The notes: generated by a model not told the origin, from the letters alone. Positions 41,441-51,997 are shown, numbered from the stretch's first letter. The stretch is 64,000 nucleotides of DNA from Verrucomicrobiota bacterium (GCA_047947115.1 CP170459.1:3424001-3488000); one strand, 5' to 3'. Numbers and translations are program-made.

Positions 41441-41736
41441 GCCTTCCAAGGGAATGATTTTTTGGACTGCGGTGGTCACGACACCGTTCTGGATGCTTTA
41501 GGAAACGTAATCGTTCCCGACTGCTTGTCTCATACCATTGCCTCTTGACGGAAGTTTTTCATCTGAAAACCTACGCTTTTGGCAATTGAAGTTGGCCAGG
41601 GTATGCGGACCGTATTCAGAGCGGTGATGTTGTTTGACGCAGATTGGAGTGCGTGCAGTTGCATGGGTGCAGTGATTTTTGGTGCTTGTTCCGCCGGGCT
41701 TTTAGCCGTAAACTCTAGTCCAACTCCCAATCACTC

Positions 41737-42438
41737 ATGAAACGAAAACAGGCATTTACTTTGATTGAACTTCTCGTTGTGGTGGCCATTATTGCCATCC
41801 TGGCCTCCATGCTTTTACCCGCTCTGGCCGGGGCCAAAGTTTCAGCGAGAAAGGTGCTCTGCATGAATAATCAAAAGCAGATTTCGCTGGCAACCATCAT
41901 GTATGGGGACGATTTCAACGGTTACTTTCCGCCTGCGACCAATTCGGACCATACGGACTGGATCAAGAATATGATTCGGGCCGGCTATTTCGAAAGCTTG
42001 AAATCGTTTGAAGATCCCGCCGAACACGAGGGCCCCCATGATCATTCAAAATTGCGAAAGGTCACTATGCGAATGGATAATGGTGAGCGCGAGGAATTCA
42101 CCGCATCCTACGGAATCAACGAGCGATTGGCAGGACCGAATGGTGTGAAGATGCCCAAATTTCAAACCGTTCCGGAGCCGACTTCCAATTTCTTTTTTGG
42201 ATGTTCGACCTATTTTATCGCGCCCGACTGGGATCATGAGCGTGTTTACAATGCCGGTGGACCGCATCCGATTGGTTCGACCATCAACCCTCCCCAGAAA
42301 GAGTATGCCCGGCATGGTTCAGGGAGTGGATCCAAACCCGGTAGCGTGATCACTTATGTGGACGGGCATTCCAATTTCGAAAGCCAGGAGTTCATTCAAA
42401 AGGACCTGCAATGGTTCCAGGGGGATTCTCGTCGGTAG
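41737..42438 (+). CDS. Prepilin-type N-terminal cleavage/methylation protein, H-X9-DG type
   Basis: [42 protein letters not shown]...YVDGH. Confidence 0.9.
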   Translation: MKRKQAFTLIELLVVVAIIAILASMLLPALAGAKVSARKVLCMNNQKQISLATIMYGDDFNGYFPPATNSDHTDWIKNMIRAGYFESLKSFEDPAEHEGPHDHSKLRKVTMRMDNGEREEFTASYGINERLAGPNGVKMPKFQTVPEPTSNFFFGCSTYFIAPDWDHERVYNAGGPHPIGSTINPPQKEYARHGSGSGSKPGSVITYVDGHSNFESQEFIQKDLQWFQGDSRR

Positions 42439-42522
42439 TTCTTGACAGGATCGACAGGATAACCCGGATGCATATTTGGCGTGGGATTACCTTTCGAGGA
42501 TATGTGCCATGATGTGTCTTCC

Positions 42523-43632
42523 TTATCCCAGGATAATGCTGCGCAGTTTTTGATGGGCACTTGGCATGGGGTGGGCTTTGAGGGTTTTTATTGTTACCCA
42601 TTTTCCATCCGCAAGTTGGGAGGAAGGTTTTTCTGTCAGGAAGCCTTCAAAGCAATGGAGAGTGATGCGGTGGTGGGTGATCGTGTGCTTGATGGTGGTT
42701 AGAATGCTGAAGGTTGAAACTTGGATGCCTTTTTTCTGCAATGTCTCCAGACAGAATTGTAATGCTTCTTCAGGACTCATGATGACTGGCGAATCCGTGT
42801 TGTAGAATTCCCACAGTCCTTCGTTGTGTTCATCGGTGCCCTTTTGTTGCATCAGATATCGGTCATTGTATTTCAGGACATAAACAAAACGTTGTTGCTG
42901 AACCACAGCTCTACGTTTCGGCAGGTTGGGTAAATTGGCTACTTGTGACGTCATGTGGGCACCACAGGTTTTACTGAGAGGGCATTTGTTACATTGGGCG
43001 AGATTGCCCGGCAGGCAGATGGTGGCTCCCAGTTCCATGATGGACTGGTTGAGGTGACTGCAATTGCCGGCGGTTCTCGGGCGCATTAAATCGGCTTGAT
43101 GTACCCAGTGATCTGCCAGACCCCATAACTGGTTTTGAGTCTCACGGTCTTTCGGATTGGATTTGATGCTGTAATAGCGTGTCAACACGCGAATGACATT
43201 TCCATCCAGAATGGGTTTCGGTTGATCAAAGGCGATGCTGGCAATGGCTCCAGCGGTGTAGGGACCGATGCCTGGCAGGGATAGGATGGTTTCATGATCT
43301 TGTGGGAAATGGCCTTGATACCGGTCGCATGTCATCTTCGCCGCCTTGTGCAGCATGCGTGCCCTTCGGTAGTATCCAAGTCCTTCCCAGAGTTTCAGGA
43401 TGGTTTGCTCTGATGCTTCGGCCAGTGCCTGAATTGTTGGGATTTCTTTCATCCAGCGTTCCCAGTAGGGAATGACCGTGGCCACCTGAGTTTGCTGCAG
43501 CATGATTTCCGAAATCCAGATGGCGTAGGGATCGTGAGTTCTGCGCCAGGGCAGATCGCGTGCATGGGTTCGATACCACTTTAAAAGGGGGCGAACACAG
43601 TCTTTTTGAATGGTCTTGTTTGCCTTTTGCAT
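42523..43632 (-). CDS. mutY: A/G-specific adenine glycosylase
   Basis: RDLPWR, ISEIMLQQTQV, WEGLGYYRRA, LPGIGPYTA, DGNVIRVL, four-Cys Fe-S motif and a C-terminal NUDIX-like domain. Confidence 0.95.
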   Translation of the reverse strand: MQKANKTIQKDCVRPLLKWYRTHARDLPWRRTHDPYAIWISEIMLQQTQVATVIPYWERWMKEIPTIQALAEASEQTILKLWEGLGYYRRARMLHKAAKMTCDRYQGHFPQDHETILSLPGIGPYTAGAIASIAFDQPKPILDGNVIRVLTRYYSIKSNPKDRETQNQLWGLADHWVHQADLMRPRTAGNCSHLNQSIMELGATICLPGNLAQCNKCPLSKTCGAHMTSQVANLPNLPKRRAVVQQQRFVYVLKYNDRYLMQQKGTDEHNEGLWEFYNTDSPVIMSPEEALQFCLETLQKKGIQVSTFSILTTIKHTITHHRITLHCFEGFLTEKPSSQLADGKWVTIKTLKAHPMPSAHQKLRSIILG

Positions 43633-43657
43633 CCGGGGTTTCTATGCTGACCGCTTC

Positions 43658-44599
43658 ATGACGGCCAAACCGATCACCACCTATACGTGCAAACTGACAT
43701 CCGGGCAAGCGGACAAGCTCCGTGGCGTGCTGGAAGCTCAGGGTTATGTTTTTCGAGAAGTGCCTTATTCGCAATTCGCCGGGGCCAAGGACAAACTGAA
43801 TGTGGTGTATTACACCTCTGGCAAACTGGTGGTGCAGGGGAAGGGGACGGATGACTTTGTTCGTTTCGTGCTGGAACCTGAGATTCTCGGTGAAGCACGT
43901 CTGGGCTATGAAAACGTCCTGGATCCGTCGCGTCTCGATCCCCGTATCGGTATCGATGAAAGCGGAAAAGGTGATTATTTTGGTCCGCTTTGTGTGGCGG
44001 GCGTTTATGTGAACGGGGACATGATCGATCACCTGGAACAGGCCGGTTTGATGGATTCCAAACGCATCGGCAGCGACAAACGGATCCAGGTGCTTGCCGA
44101 TGTGATTCGAAAAACGCCCGGTTGTCATTACACTGTGGTACCTATCGGGCCGGAAGCTTATAACCGCCTTCAATCCACCATGCGTTCTGTGAATGCCATC
44201 CTGGCATGGGGGCATGCACGCGTGATTGAAAACTTGATGAAGAGGAAGGACATGATGAAGCCCGCCCCGGTGCGGGCGATCAGTGATCAGTTTGCGCGTT
44301 CCAAGTCAACCGTTGCTGATGCGCTTATGGCCGGGGGACGTGAAATCGAATTGGTTCAGCGGCATAAGGCTGAATCCGATCTGGCCGTTGCGGCCGCGTC
44401 TATTTTGGCGCGTGATGCGTTTGTCCATCGCATGCACCAGTTGTCCGAAAAGTATGGCATCGAAATCCCGAAAGGAGCCAGTCAGCGAGTCATTGAGGTC
44501 GGTGCCGAGTTGGTGAGACGACATGGTGAAGCTGTCTTGAATGAGGTTGCCAAACGACATTTCAAGACGACACAGAAAGTGTTGGATTCCGTTACCTGA
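43658..44599 (+). CDS. rnhC: Ribonuclease HIII
   Basis: TBP-like N-terminus (YTSGKLVVQG), IGIDESGKGDYFGPL, DSK, AVAAASILAR. Start at ATG 43658. Confidence 0.92.
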   Translation: MTAKPITTYTCKLTSGQADKLRGVLEAQGYVFREVPYSQFAGAKDKLNVVYYTSGKLVVQGKGTDDFVRFVLEPEILGEARLGYENVLDPSRLDPRIGIDESGKGDYFGPLCVAGVYVNGDMIDHLEQAGLMDSKRIGSDKRIQVLADVIRKTPGCHYTVVPIGPEAYNRLQSTMRSVNAILAWGHARVIENLMKRKDMMKPAPVRAISDQFARSKSTVADALMAGGREIELVQRHKAESDLAVAAASILARDAFVHRMHQLSEKYGIEIPKGASQRVIEVGAELVRRHGEAVLNEVAKRHFKTTQKVLDSVT

Positions 44600-44615
44600 G
44601 TTGGAAGGAGATCGT

Positions 44616-44780
44616 TTTTTTGAACCGCAGATTTCGCAGATTCACTCAGATTTTTTGAGTAAAACTCAATGACGACGTATTTCAATCAGCCCGTAAAGCC
44701 CCGTTGTCCACCAGAGCAATCTGAAATCTTATTTCCCTGGATATATCTGCATTAATCTGCGAAATCTGCGGTTCAAAAAA
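44616..44780. repeat. Perfect 27-bp inverted repeat flanking a 111-bp spacer
   Basis: TTTTTTGAACCGCAGATTTCGCAGATT at 44616-44642 and its exact reverse complement at 44754-44780. Confidence 0.9.
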
Positions 44781-44791
44781 TCCATGCCCGT

Positions 44792-45610
44792 TCAGCGCAA
44801 TCCTACCAGTTCCATGCGTCGGGCTGTTTCACGATAGGCTTCTTCCACCCATTGGACGATGCGTTTGGGGTTGGGAGAGTATTCCAGTTCGATCGAGACG
44901 ACTCCATCAAAGTTAAGCTCTTTGATGGCTTGGAGGTAGGGTTCGAACTTGACCACGCCTCGTCCCGGGGGAAGGTCACCGTGCACCTTGCCGTCGCAAT
45001 CGCTGATATGCACATGGATGGCATTGCCTTTGAGCTTTTTTACCTCGTTGGGTGAGGTGTCGGACAACACAAGGTGACTGATATCAATGTTGGCTTTGAC
45101 GCGTGGGTGCTTGCAGTCCTTGATAAACTTGGCCATGGATTTGACGTCGTTGAGCAGGCTCATTCGGAAGGGTTCCAGTTCCAGGGCGATGCTCACGCCC
45201 TTTTTGTCTGCGTAGTCACCGAGTTCACGGCAGGTTTCTATTGCCCAATCCCACTGTGCCTGTGGCGGGATGACTTCTCGTTGCCAGATGTATTCACCCA
45301 GCACCAGGAGGATGTTGTCCGCACCCCATTGGTTCGCGAGGTCGATGAATTTTTTGCAGCGTTCGACATGAAAGGCTCTGACCGGATCGTTGAAATCAAT
45401 CAGGCCCACTGCAACGACGGGCAACGAGATGATGGGGAGTCCAAGGGTGCGACAGGTCTTATGGATGGCTTTCGCTTCGCTTGGCTTCAGGGTGGTGGCT
45501 TCCGTGAAAATGTCCACGCAGTCAAAACCTATCCGGGCGATGTGTTCCAGTCCCGTCCGGGTGTCCATACCTGCCTGTTCGAATGCGCTGTTGATGATGC
45601 CTAGTTTCAT
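44792..45610 (-). CDS. Sugar phosphate isomerase/epimerase (xylose isomerase-like TIM barrel)
   Basis: IALELEP, NIDISH, HVHISD, PGRG, SIELE metal-ligand pattern. Confidence 0.88.
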   Translation of the reverse strand: MKLGIINSAFEQAGMDTRTGLEHIARIGFDCVDIFTEATTLKPSEAKAIHKTCRTLGLPIISLPVVAVGLIDFNDPVRAFHVERCKKFIDLANQWGADNILLVLGEYIWQREVIPPQAQWDWAIETCRELGDYADKKGVSIALELEPFRMSLLNDVKSMAKFIKDCKHPRVKANIDISHLVLSDTSPNEVKKLKGNAIHVHISDCDGKVHGDLPPGRGVVKFEPYLQAIKELNFDGVVSIELEYSPNPKRIVQWVEEAYRETARRMELVGLR

Positions 45611-45664
45611 AATCGTTTTTCGATGGATGATTCTCTGCTTGTTGTAACCAGATTTGCGAGGTTT

Positions 45665-46783
45665 TTAAAGAGGCCCTTCACTGAATCTTTCTTCCATGAT
45701 TTCGTTCAGTTTTACCATCCGGTGGGTTTCGGCGCTCAGATAGGCAGCCTCGACCAATGCCATGGTTTTCAAATTGTCTTCTCCGCTGATCTCCGGCTCA
45801 TTGCCTTCTTCCAGTGCAACGAGCAATTGAGCCATGGTGCCGATGAAAGCATCCGGAAACCAGCTCTCGGACCACGTGGGGGTTTGAAATGCCTCGTCAC
45901 CAATCGTTGCATACCGAATGGTGGAGGGGGATGTATAAGGCTCCTTGCACCATCCAATGTCTCCTATTGCCAGGCCTCTCAGGCCTTCAATGCGCCATTG
46001 GATTCCTATATCGGATGGGCAACCTTCGCGAGCCGGACCGGTCCAGGTATCGTCGATGCCCACGCATCGCATGCCGTTTGCGTATTCCAGAATGTAGTTG
46101 CAGATGCCGTCCTGGTGGGGAAAGGAGGTGCGTGGGTCGGGCCGAACACTGCAGAAAATGCCCTCCGGGTCGCCAAACCAATAGCGAAAGCAATCCAGAT
46201 GATGGATGGACATGATGCGCAGGGTCACCCAGCCGAGATCGGCTTGCCAGGGCATCCAGTGCGGGATCCCCCGCATGTCCAGCGTGGCCAGAACGGGCTC
46301 TCCGATGCTGCCGTTTTCCAGAAGGGATTTTGCGGCGCGGACGGATTGGTCGTAGCGCATGTTTTGATTCACAGCCAGGAAGATCCCGGCATCCTTGCAC
46401 AACTGAACCGTCTTCTTCGCCTCTTGGAAATCCATGCCCAGAGGTTTTTGAGCCAGGATTGCTTTGATATGATTCTTTTGGCAGGCCTTCTGTATCAGTT
46501 CGAATTGAGCGTTGGGAGGGACGGCGACGTCCAAGACTTGAATGCTGGTATCTTCAAGTAATTCATCCGGCGAGGAATGAACCGCTTTGATGCCATGACA
46601 TTCAGCCACTTCCCTTGCACGTTGCTCGTTGCGCGAGGCGATGGCGACGGGGTTGAAACCTGCCTTCCGGTAGGCGGGCAGGTGGCAGTCCATGACGATG
46701 AATCCGCTGCCTATGACCCCGATGGGCTGTTTTTTGTTCCTGGGAAGCTTGGCATGAATGTTGAGAGCGTTCGTATCGATCAT
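45665..46783 (-). CDS. Gfo/Idh/MocA family oxidoreductase
   Basis: IGVIGSGFI, QKPLG, VNQNMRY, HHLD. Confidence 0.9.
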   Translation of the reverse strand: MIDTNALNIHAKLPRNKKQPIGVIGSGFIVMDCHLPAYRKAGFNPVAIASRNEQRAREVAECHGIKAVHSSPDELLEDTSIQVLDVAVPPNAQFELIQKACQKNHIKAILAQKPLGMDFQEAKKTVQLCKDAGIFLAVNQNMRYDQSVRAAKSLLENGSIGEPVLATLDMRGIPHWMPWQADLGWVTLRIMSIHHLDCFRYWFGDPEGIFCSVRPDPRTSFPHQDGICNYILEYANGMRCVGIDDTWTGPAREGCPSDIGIQWRIEGLRGLAIGDIGWCKEPYTSPSTIRYATIGDEAFQTPTWSESWFPDAFIGTMAQLLVALEEGNEPEISGEDNLKTMALVEAAYLSAETHRMVKLNEIMEERFSEGPL

Positions 46784-46801
46784 AATGCTTTTTGAGATGG
46801 G

Positions 46802-47812
46802 TCAATCGGTTTCCAGGTCCGAATGGTCCGATTCATCCCCCAGGACGTCCTGCAGACTGCTGAAAAAGGAGTGATGCTGTTCCTGGTTGGCGACGGGTTT
46901 CGGACTCGGCGGAGCAGGGGCCGGCTTGGGTGCCGGGACATTAACTGGTGCCGGTTTGTTGGTCATGGGGTCAGGAGGCGCAGCAGTTTGGGCTGATTGA
47001 TGTGCTGTTGACTCGTTTGTGTTGTCTTTTTTGAACACCAGGGTGGGGATGGGGGCATCCTGTTCTGTTTGATGGATGCGAATATGGCGCGCGCCTGTTT
47101 TGTTGATTTCCTGTTGCACCGTTGTTTTGGCGAGTGCCGGGTTGTTGCAATCCCGGGACAAGTGAGCCATGAAGATGTGCTGAAGTTGATCGGACACCAG
47201 GTGTCTGGCTGCTTCTCCTGCCGCATGGTTGCTGAGATGTCCGTGACGACTTGTGATCCGCTGCTTGATGCTCCATGGGCGTTTGGTGTCTTCCTGCAGG
47301 AGTTGGAGATCGTAATTGGTCTCCAATATCAATGCATTGGCGGGGCGCACCCGATCCAACACCAACCGCGTCGCATGGCCCAGATCTGTAAGAAAACCGA
47401 CGTTGCCGTGCGGGGTGCGTATCAGGAAACCAACCGGATCCTGGGCGTCGTGGGGAATGGAAAACGTTTCCACTTCCACATCCCCCACGTCAAAGGATTG
47501 TCCGGTTTGGAACACTTTGGCGTTGAATTTGGACTTGGTTTGACAGGAAATGGCATCAAGGGTCAGTCTGTTCGCAAACACTGGAATGCCCAGTTTGGCT
47601 CCGATCACTTTGAGGCCCTGAGTATGATCGGAATGTTCATGCGTAACGAGGATGCCATCCAATCGTTCGGGGGTACGGTCAATCGTGGCCAAACGTTCCC
47701 GGATCTGTTTGCCGCTGAAGCCGGCATCGATCAACAGGCGCACCCCATCCGTCTCCAAATAAGCGCAATTGCCTCTGGAACCGCTTCCCAAAATGGTCAA
47801 TCGAAAGGACAC
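46802..47812 (-). CDS. MBL-fold metallohydrolase, YycJ/WalJ-like, with a Pro-rich tail
   Basis: LGSGSRGN, LIDAG, THEHSDH, PHDA, TDLG, ETNYD, GHLSN, AHLS. Confidence 0.88.
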   Translation of the reverse strand: MSFRLTILGSGSRGNCAYLETDGVRLLIDAGFSGKQIRERLATIDRTPERLDGILVTHEHSDHTQGLKVIGAKLGIPVFANRLTLDAISCQTKSKFNAKVFQTGQSFDVGDVEVETFSIPHDAQDPVGFLIRTPHGNVGFLTDLGHATRLVLDRVRPANALILETNYDLQLLQEDTKRPWSIKQRITSRHGHLSNHAAGEAARHLVSDQLQHIFMAHLSRDCNNPALAKTTVQQEINKTGARHIRIHQTEQDAPIPTLVFKKDNTNESTAHQSAQTAAPPDPMTNKPAPVNVPAPKPAPAPPSPKPVANQEQHHSFFSSLQDVLGDESDHSDLETD

Positions 47813-48049
47813 GACCTCAGGCTAGAGGTTGTGGGGGGAATCAGGCAACGAAATCTTGCATGCTGTTTCCCGATTCCCTTCTTTCACCACTAAAGAATGC
47901 ACGAAAAAGCGATATCAGATCTTAAAGTGTGTCGTTTGGGAAATTTTGCTCCAAATCGTGTGGCAATTCTCGCGACGTTCCCTATCATGCCCCCCGGATG
48001 GAGGTGAATCACCAGTTTATGCTTCATCCAATTGAGCCGATAAATCCTT

Positions 48050-51000
48050 ATGAGCGTTCACAGTTTCCTGCATTTGATGCGTCGGATGGGGGCATTGATG
48101 CTATGCCTCCACACGATTTTTTCTTTGATAGGACAAGAAGCGGACAATGAGGCGGAAACAGGAGTTCCACCGGCAATCCTGCCAGAAGTTACTTCATTAT
48201 ATGAATTGGATATCCAGGGGAACGAACGGATCAGAAATGGTGTTCTTGTAGAGGTGTCTGCGTATGTTTCTTATCATGATCCGGTGCTGGATGTGCTTTT
48301 TGTTCAGGATGATTCAGCCGGAATTTTTGTGGCTGCCAAAGATCCGGCCCTTGCCCACTTGCCTGTCGGTACTTCGGTTACGGTCAGTGGAGTTGCCGAG
48401 CCAGGAAAGTTTAAGCCCTACTTGAGCAAAGCAGAAGTTGTTCGCATGGACGAGGGGGTGATCACTCTCGATGCATTGGAGATTGATTTGCAGATTTTGG
48501 AAACCGGTCGATACGACGGGCAAATGGTTCAAGTTGCCGGGCGCGTGCGTTCGGTGGATGTAAACGGCCATTCACTGGCACTCAAACTCTTGAACCAAGG
48601 TCGTCCTTTTACGGCCTCTGTACGCGATTTTCCTGAGAATGTGGATGCTCAATCTTTAGTGGACAGTGTCATTGAAGTGTCTGGTGCATGCGGGTTCGAT
48701 TTTGACGGGAACGAATTGCTTTCTGTCCGGCTTTATTTGGACAAATTTGATCAATTGAAGATCGTCGTGCCGTCCGGGACCCATTTTGCTCAAGCTCCGT
48801 CCGGCAGGGTCCAAATTGAATCTTCCGAGGATATGCTCAGAGCATCCGGCGAACGCACCCTTCTTCATGGAAATTATCTGGGGCCCGCAGATGACGGGCA
48901 CTTTTATTTTCAAACTCCAAAACAGGGCTTTCTGGTGGAGCGAGCTCACTCAATTGAAATTTTGAAACGCGGGGATCCGATCGGTGTCCTGGGCTGGGTT
49001 CGATTGGAAACTGATGGGGCGATGATGCGGATTGAACAGCCCCTGGTTAAAAAGTTGGACTCCGGCAGTGTGTCGACCCTCGCGGAGCAGTCCACAGATG
49101 CGCTGACGGCATCTAATCTCAACCGATGGTTGAGTTTGAAGGGGAAGCTGATTGATGTGGAAACGGGCGATGGATTGCTTGTGTTTCATCTGGAGAGCAA
49201 CGGGAAACACATTGCCGCCATGTTTGGCGGGCATACGAATAAGGTCGAGTTGTTGGTTCCTCCCGCGGAAGGCAGTCTGCTGGAGGTCAGCGGGGTTTTG
49301 ACCGGGTTGCCATCGGAGCAAGGGATAGGCGAATTTCCTTCATTAAAACTCTATTCACTTTCGGATGTTGAAGTGCTGAGTCCCCCCAGTTGGTGGACGG
49401 TTGAAAGGATTACCTGGGCATTGGTTGGAGCTGCTTTGATCGGTTTTGCTGCCGTTGGGTGGAGTGTCTTGCTGAACCGACGTGTCAAACAGCAGACTTC
49501 CGCCTTGCGCCAGACTCTGGAGCAGGAGCGTATGGCGGAGGAGCGATATCGCAAGATTTTCGAATCAGCCCTGGACATGATCCTGTTGGCCGATCATCGA
49601 GCACACATACTTTCTATCAACCCTGCTGGAGTGGAGTTATTGCAGGACGAAGCTTCCTCATTCATCGGGAAATCATTTCTGGAGTGGGTTTATCTGGAAG
49701 ACCGGGGGAAGGCTGAAGAGGCTTTTGGGCTTGGGAGCAAGTCGGGGCGTGAACTGAGTATGGATGGGGAGGTGATCGAACTTCGCCTGGTGGCAAAAGG
49801 AGGGGATTCCGTCTACGTCGAGCTGAGTGTCCGGGGAGTGCTGTTGAGTGGAGGTACCTACGGGTATCAGTGTATTGCCAGGAATATTGACGAAAGGAAG
49901 CAGTCGGAAGCTCACCTGATCAAGGCGCGCAATGCCTTTCGTGATGCCAATCGAGCGAAATCGTCCTTTCTGGCAATGATGTGCCATGAATTGCGCACTC
50001 CGATGAATGGAGTCATGGGCATGACACAAATGCTTCAGCATACCAAGCTGGATGCGCATCAGCTGGAGCTAGCCAAGTCGATTCAAGTGTCTTCCGAGGC
50101 CATGATGAAGTTGATTTTCGATTTGCTGGATATTTCCAGAATCGAATCCGATCAGTTGAAATTGGCCGAAGAACCCTTCGATCTGGTGCAAGTCGTGGAA
50201 GATGCGCTGGCCACGCTTTATCCGGAATCGATGCGTAAGAAAGTGAATCTGACCTTGTATTGCCAGCCCCGCATCCCCAATCAGTTATTGGGTGATGCCA
50301 CCCGGCTGCGTCAGATTATCCTAAACCTGGTTGGAAACGGGATCAAATTCACCGACAAAGGGGGAGTGGCTGTTCATGTCACAGGTGAAGCCCAATCCAA
50401 AATGATTCATCAGATTCGATTTGAGGTGATTGACACTGGGATCGGACTGGGTGGATTGCGACAGCAGGATTTGTTTGAAGCCTTTGTGCAGTTGGATTCC
50501 TCGAATACAAGAAAATTCGGGGGAGCTGGATTGGGGTTGTCTATATGTAAACGAATTGTTCAAGCGATGGGAGGGGTTATTGGGGTGGAAGGGCAGACGA
50601 AACAGGGCGCCATCTTTTGGTTTGAGATCCCTTTCAAAATTGCTCATGCACATTCTTCCGTTCGCCTACCAAGGATCAGCTCTTCTGTGTTGGGGACAAT
50701 GGTTGACATTGTTTCCAATTGCGGACTGGTTTGTGACTTCTTCAGGATGCGATGCAAAGACCTTGGACTGTCTGCCCGCTACGAAACGCCGGATGAATTT
50801 TTGACCACACTTGAAAAAGTCTCAACGGATTCAGCCAAAGAGCCCTCCATTGTTGTGTTGGATCTGGAGTCTCTTTCAGGAGAATGGCTTAAGCGATATC
50901 AGGAAAATGTCGATAAGAAGGCCAGAGATCATGTGCGATGGGTCATGTTGTCCTCGCTGGAGGATACTAGCAATGGCTTGTCTCAAGTGATTCCACAACC

Positions 51001-51544
51001 TCAACTGCTTAGACTTTTGAAGCCATTGACAGAAACAGCGTTTCGGACGTTTTGTGATTTTATTTCGGATCAACAGCAGTTGCATGCTGAACAAGGAGTC
51101 CCGGGAAACTCGGAGTTGGCAGAGGGTTCCACATCAAGTGAAAAGGAACTGGCTTGTCGCGGATTGAAGGTGCTCGTTGCGGAAGATGATTTGATTAATC
51201 AGAAACTCATTCTCCTTTATTTGAAAAAAGCGGGATGTCTTTACGAAATAGTTCCTGACGGCAAGCAGGCCCTGGCCATGTTGGAGCAGAAGGCCTTTGA
51301 TGTGGTGTTGATGGATTGCAGTATGCCGGTTATGGATGGGTTTGAAGCTGCCCGGCAAATTAGAAAAAACCCTAACTACAACAGATTGAAAGTGATCGCT
51401 TTAACGGCGCACTCACTGAAAGGGGATCGTGAGCGTTGTCTGAAAGCGGGTATGGACGATTACATGGCAAAACCCTTGAATTTGGACAAGCTCACGGAAA
51501 AACTTTCCGACATCAAGTCGGCTTCTGTTGCAAACGGGCATTGA
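48050..51544 (+). CDS. Hybrid sensor histidine kinase/response regulator with large ectodomain and PAS domain
   Basis: Transmembrane helix after PSWWT, PAS region, H-box MCHELRTPMNG, NLVGNGIKFT, DTGIG, GAGLGL, and receiver motifs AEDD/LMDCSMP/KP. Confidence 0.93.
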   Translation: MSVHSFLHLMRRMGALMLCLHTIFSLIGQEADNEAETGVPPAILPEVTSLYELDIQGNERIRNGVLVEVSAYVSYHDPVLDVLFVQDDSAGIFVAAKDPALAHLPVGTSVTVSGVAEPGKFKPYLSKAEVVRMDEGVITLDALEIDLQILETGRYDGQMVQVAGRVRSVDVNGHSLALKLLNQGRPFTASVRDFPENVDAQSLVDSVIEVSGACGFDFDGNELLSVRLYLDKFDQLKIVVPSGTHFAQAPSGRVQIESSEDMLRASGERTLLHGNYLGPADDGHFYFQTPKQGFLVERAHSIEILKRGDPIGVLGWVRLETDGAMMRIEQPLVKKLDSGSVSTLAEQSTDALTASNLNRWLSLKGKLIDVETGDGLLVFHLESNGKHIAAMFGGHTNKVELLVPPAEGSLLEVSGVLTGLPSEQGIGEFPSLKLYSLSDVEVLSPPSWWTVERITWALVGAALIGFAAVGWSVLLNRRVKQQTSALRQTLEQERMAEERYRKIFESALDMILLADHRAHILSINPAGVELLQDEASSFIGKSFLEWVYLEDRGKAEEAFGLGSKSGRELSMDGEVIELRLVAKGGDSVYVELSVRGVLLSGGTYGYQCIARNIDERKQSEAHLIKARNAFRDANRAKSSFLAMMCHELRTPMNGVMGMTQMLQHTKLDAHQLELAKSIQVSSEAMMKLIFDLLDISRIESDQLKLAEEPFDLVQVVEDALATLYPESMRKKVNLTLYCQPRIPNQLLGDATRLRQIILNLVGNGIKFTDKGGVAVHVTGEAQSKMIHQIRFEVIDTGIGLGGLRQQDLFEAFVQLDSSNTRKFGGAGLGLSICKRIVQAMGGVIGVEGQTKQGAIFWFEIPFKIAHAHSSVRLPRISSSVLGTMVDIVSNCGLVCDFFRMRCKDLGLSARYETPDEFLTTLEKVSTDSAKEPSIVVLDLESLSGEWLKRYQENVDKKARDHVRWVMLSSLEDTSNGLSQVIPQPQLLRLLKPLTETAFRTFCDFISDQQQLHAEQGVPGNSELAEGSTSSEKELACRGLKVLVAEDDLINQKLILLYLKKAGCLYEIVPDGKQALAMLEQKAFDVVLMDCSMPVMDGFEAARQIRKNPNYNRLKVIALTAHSLKGDRERCLKAGMDDYMAKPLNLDKLTEKLSDIKSASVANGH

Positions 51545-51569
51545 CAATGCTTTTCTGCCAAATTAGTTT
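51541..51569 (+). promoter_or_regulatory. Sigma70-like promoter
   Basis: TTGACA-N17-TAGTTT, 26 bp upstream of ATG 51596. Confidence 0.55.
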
Positions 51570-51595
51570 CCTTCAACGTTTTTGAAATTAAAGTT

Positions 51596-51997
51596 ATGGC
51601 AGACGAACAACAGAACCCGCTAGGAGGAGCTGCTCCCGCAGACAGTGGCAAGGTGCAGCCCAAGAAGGAAACCGTCAGGATCAATCTTCCTCCGAAACCC
51701 ACTGCAGCACCGACAGTTAAGATTCCGGCTCCATCGGCTGCCGCTGCCGCGAAACCCGCTGCTGCCGCCCCTGCCGCCGCAGGAGGAGCTGCTGGTTCCA
51801 CCCAAAAGCTTCCGTCTGCCGCTCCCAAGGCAGCTCCTGCACCCGCAAGTGCCGCAAAATCTCCCGCAAAGCCATCCCCAGCCATGGCGCCACGAGCTTC
51901 GGCAGCAGCTGCTACTGTGAGTGGTGCTGACAAAGGGTTGGCTGTTGCCGCTATCATCGTGTCCTTGCTGGTGGCCGCAAGACTGTTCTTTCTTTAA
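51596..51997 (+). CDS. Ala/Pro-rich hypothetical protein with a C-terminal transmembrane anchor
   Basis: QPKKETVRINLPPKP, a low-complexity linker and a terminal hydrophobic helix. Confidence 0.7.
   Translation: MADEQQNPLGGAAPADSGKVQPKKETVRINLPPKPTAAPTVKIPAPSAAAAAKPAAAAPAAAGGAAGSTQKLPSAAPKAAPAPASAAKSPAKPSPAMAPRASAAAATVSGADKGLAVAAIIVSLLVAARLFFL

Noticed and set aside
44616..44780. CRISPR array or IS element
   Set aside because: There are only two inverted copies, with no spacer series, cas gene or transposase.
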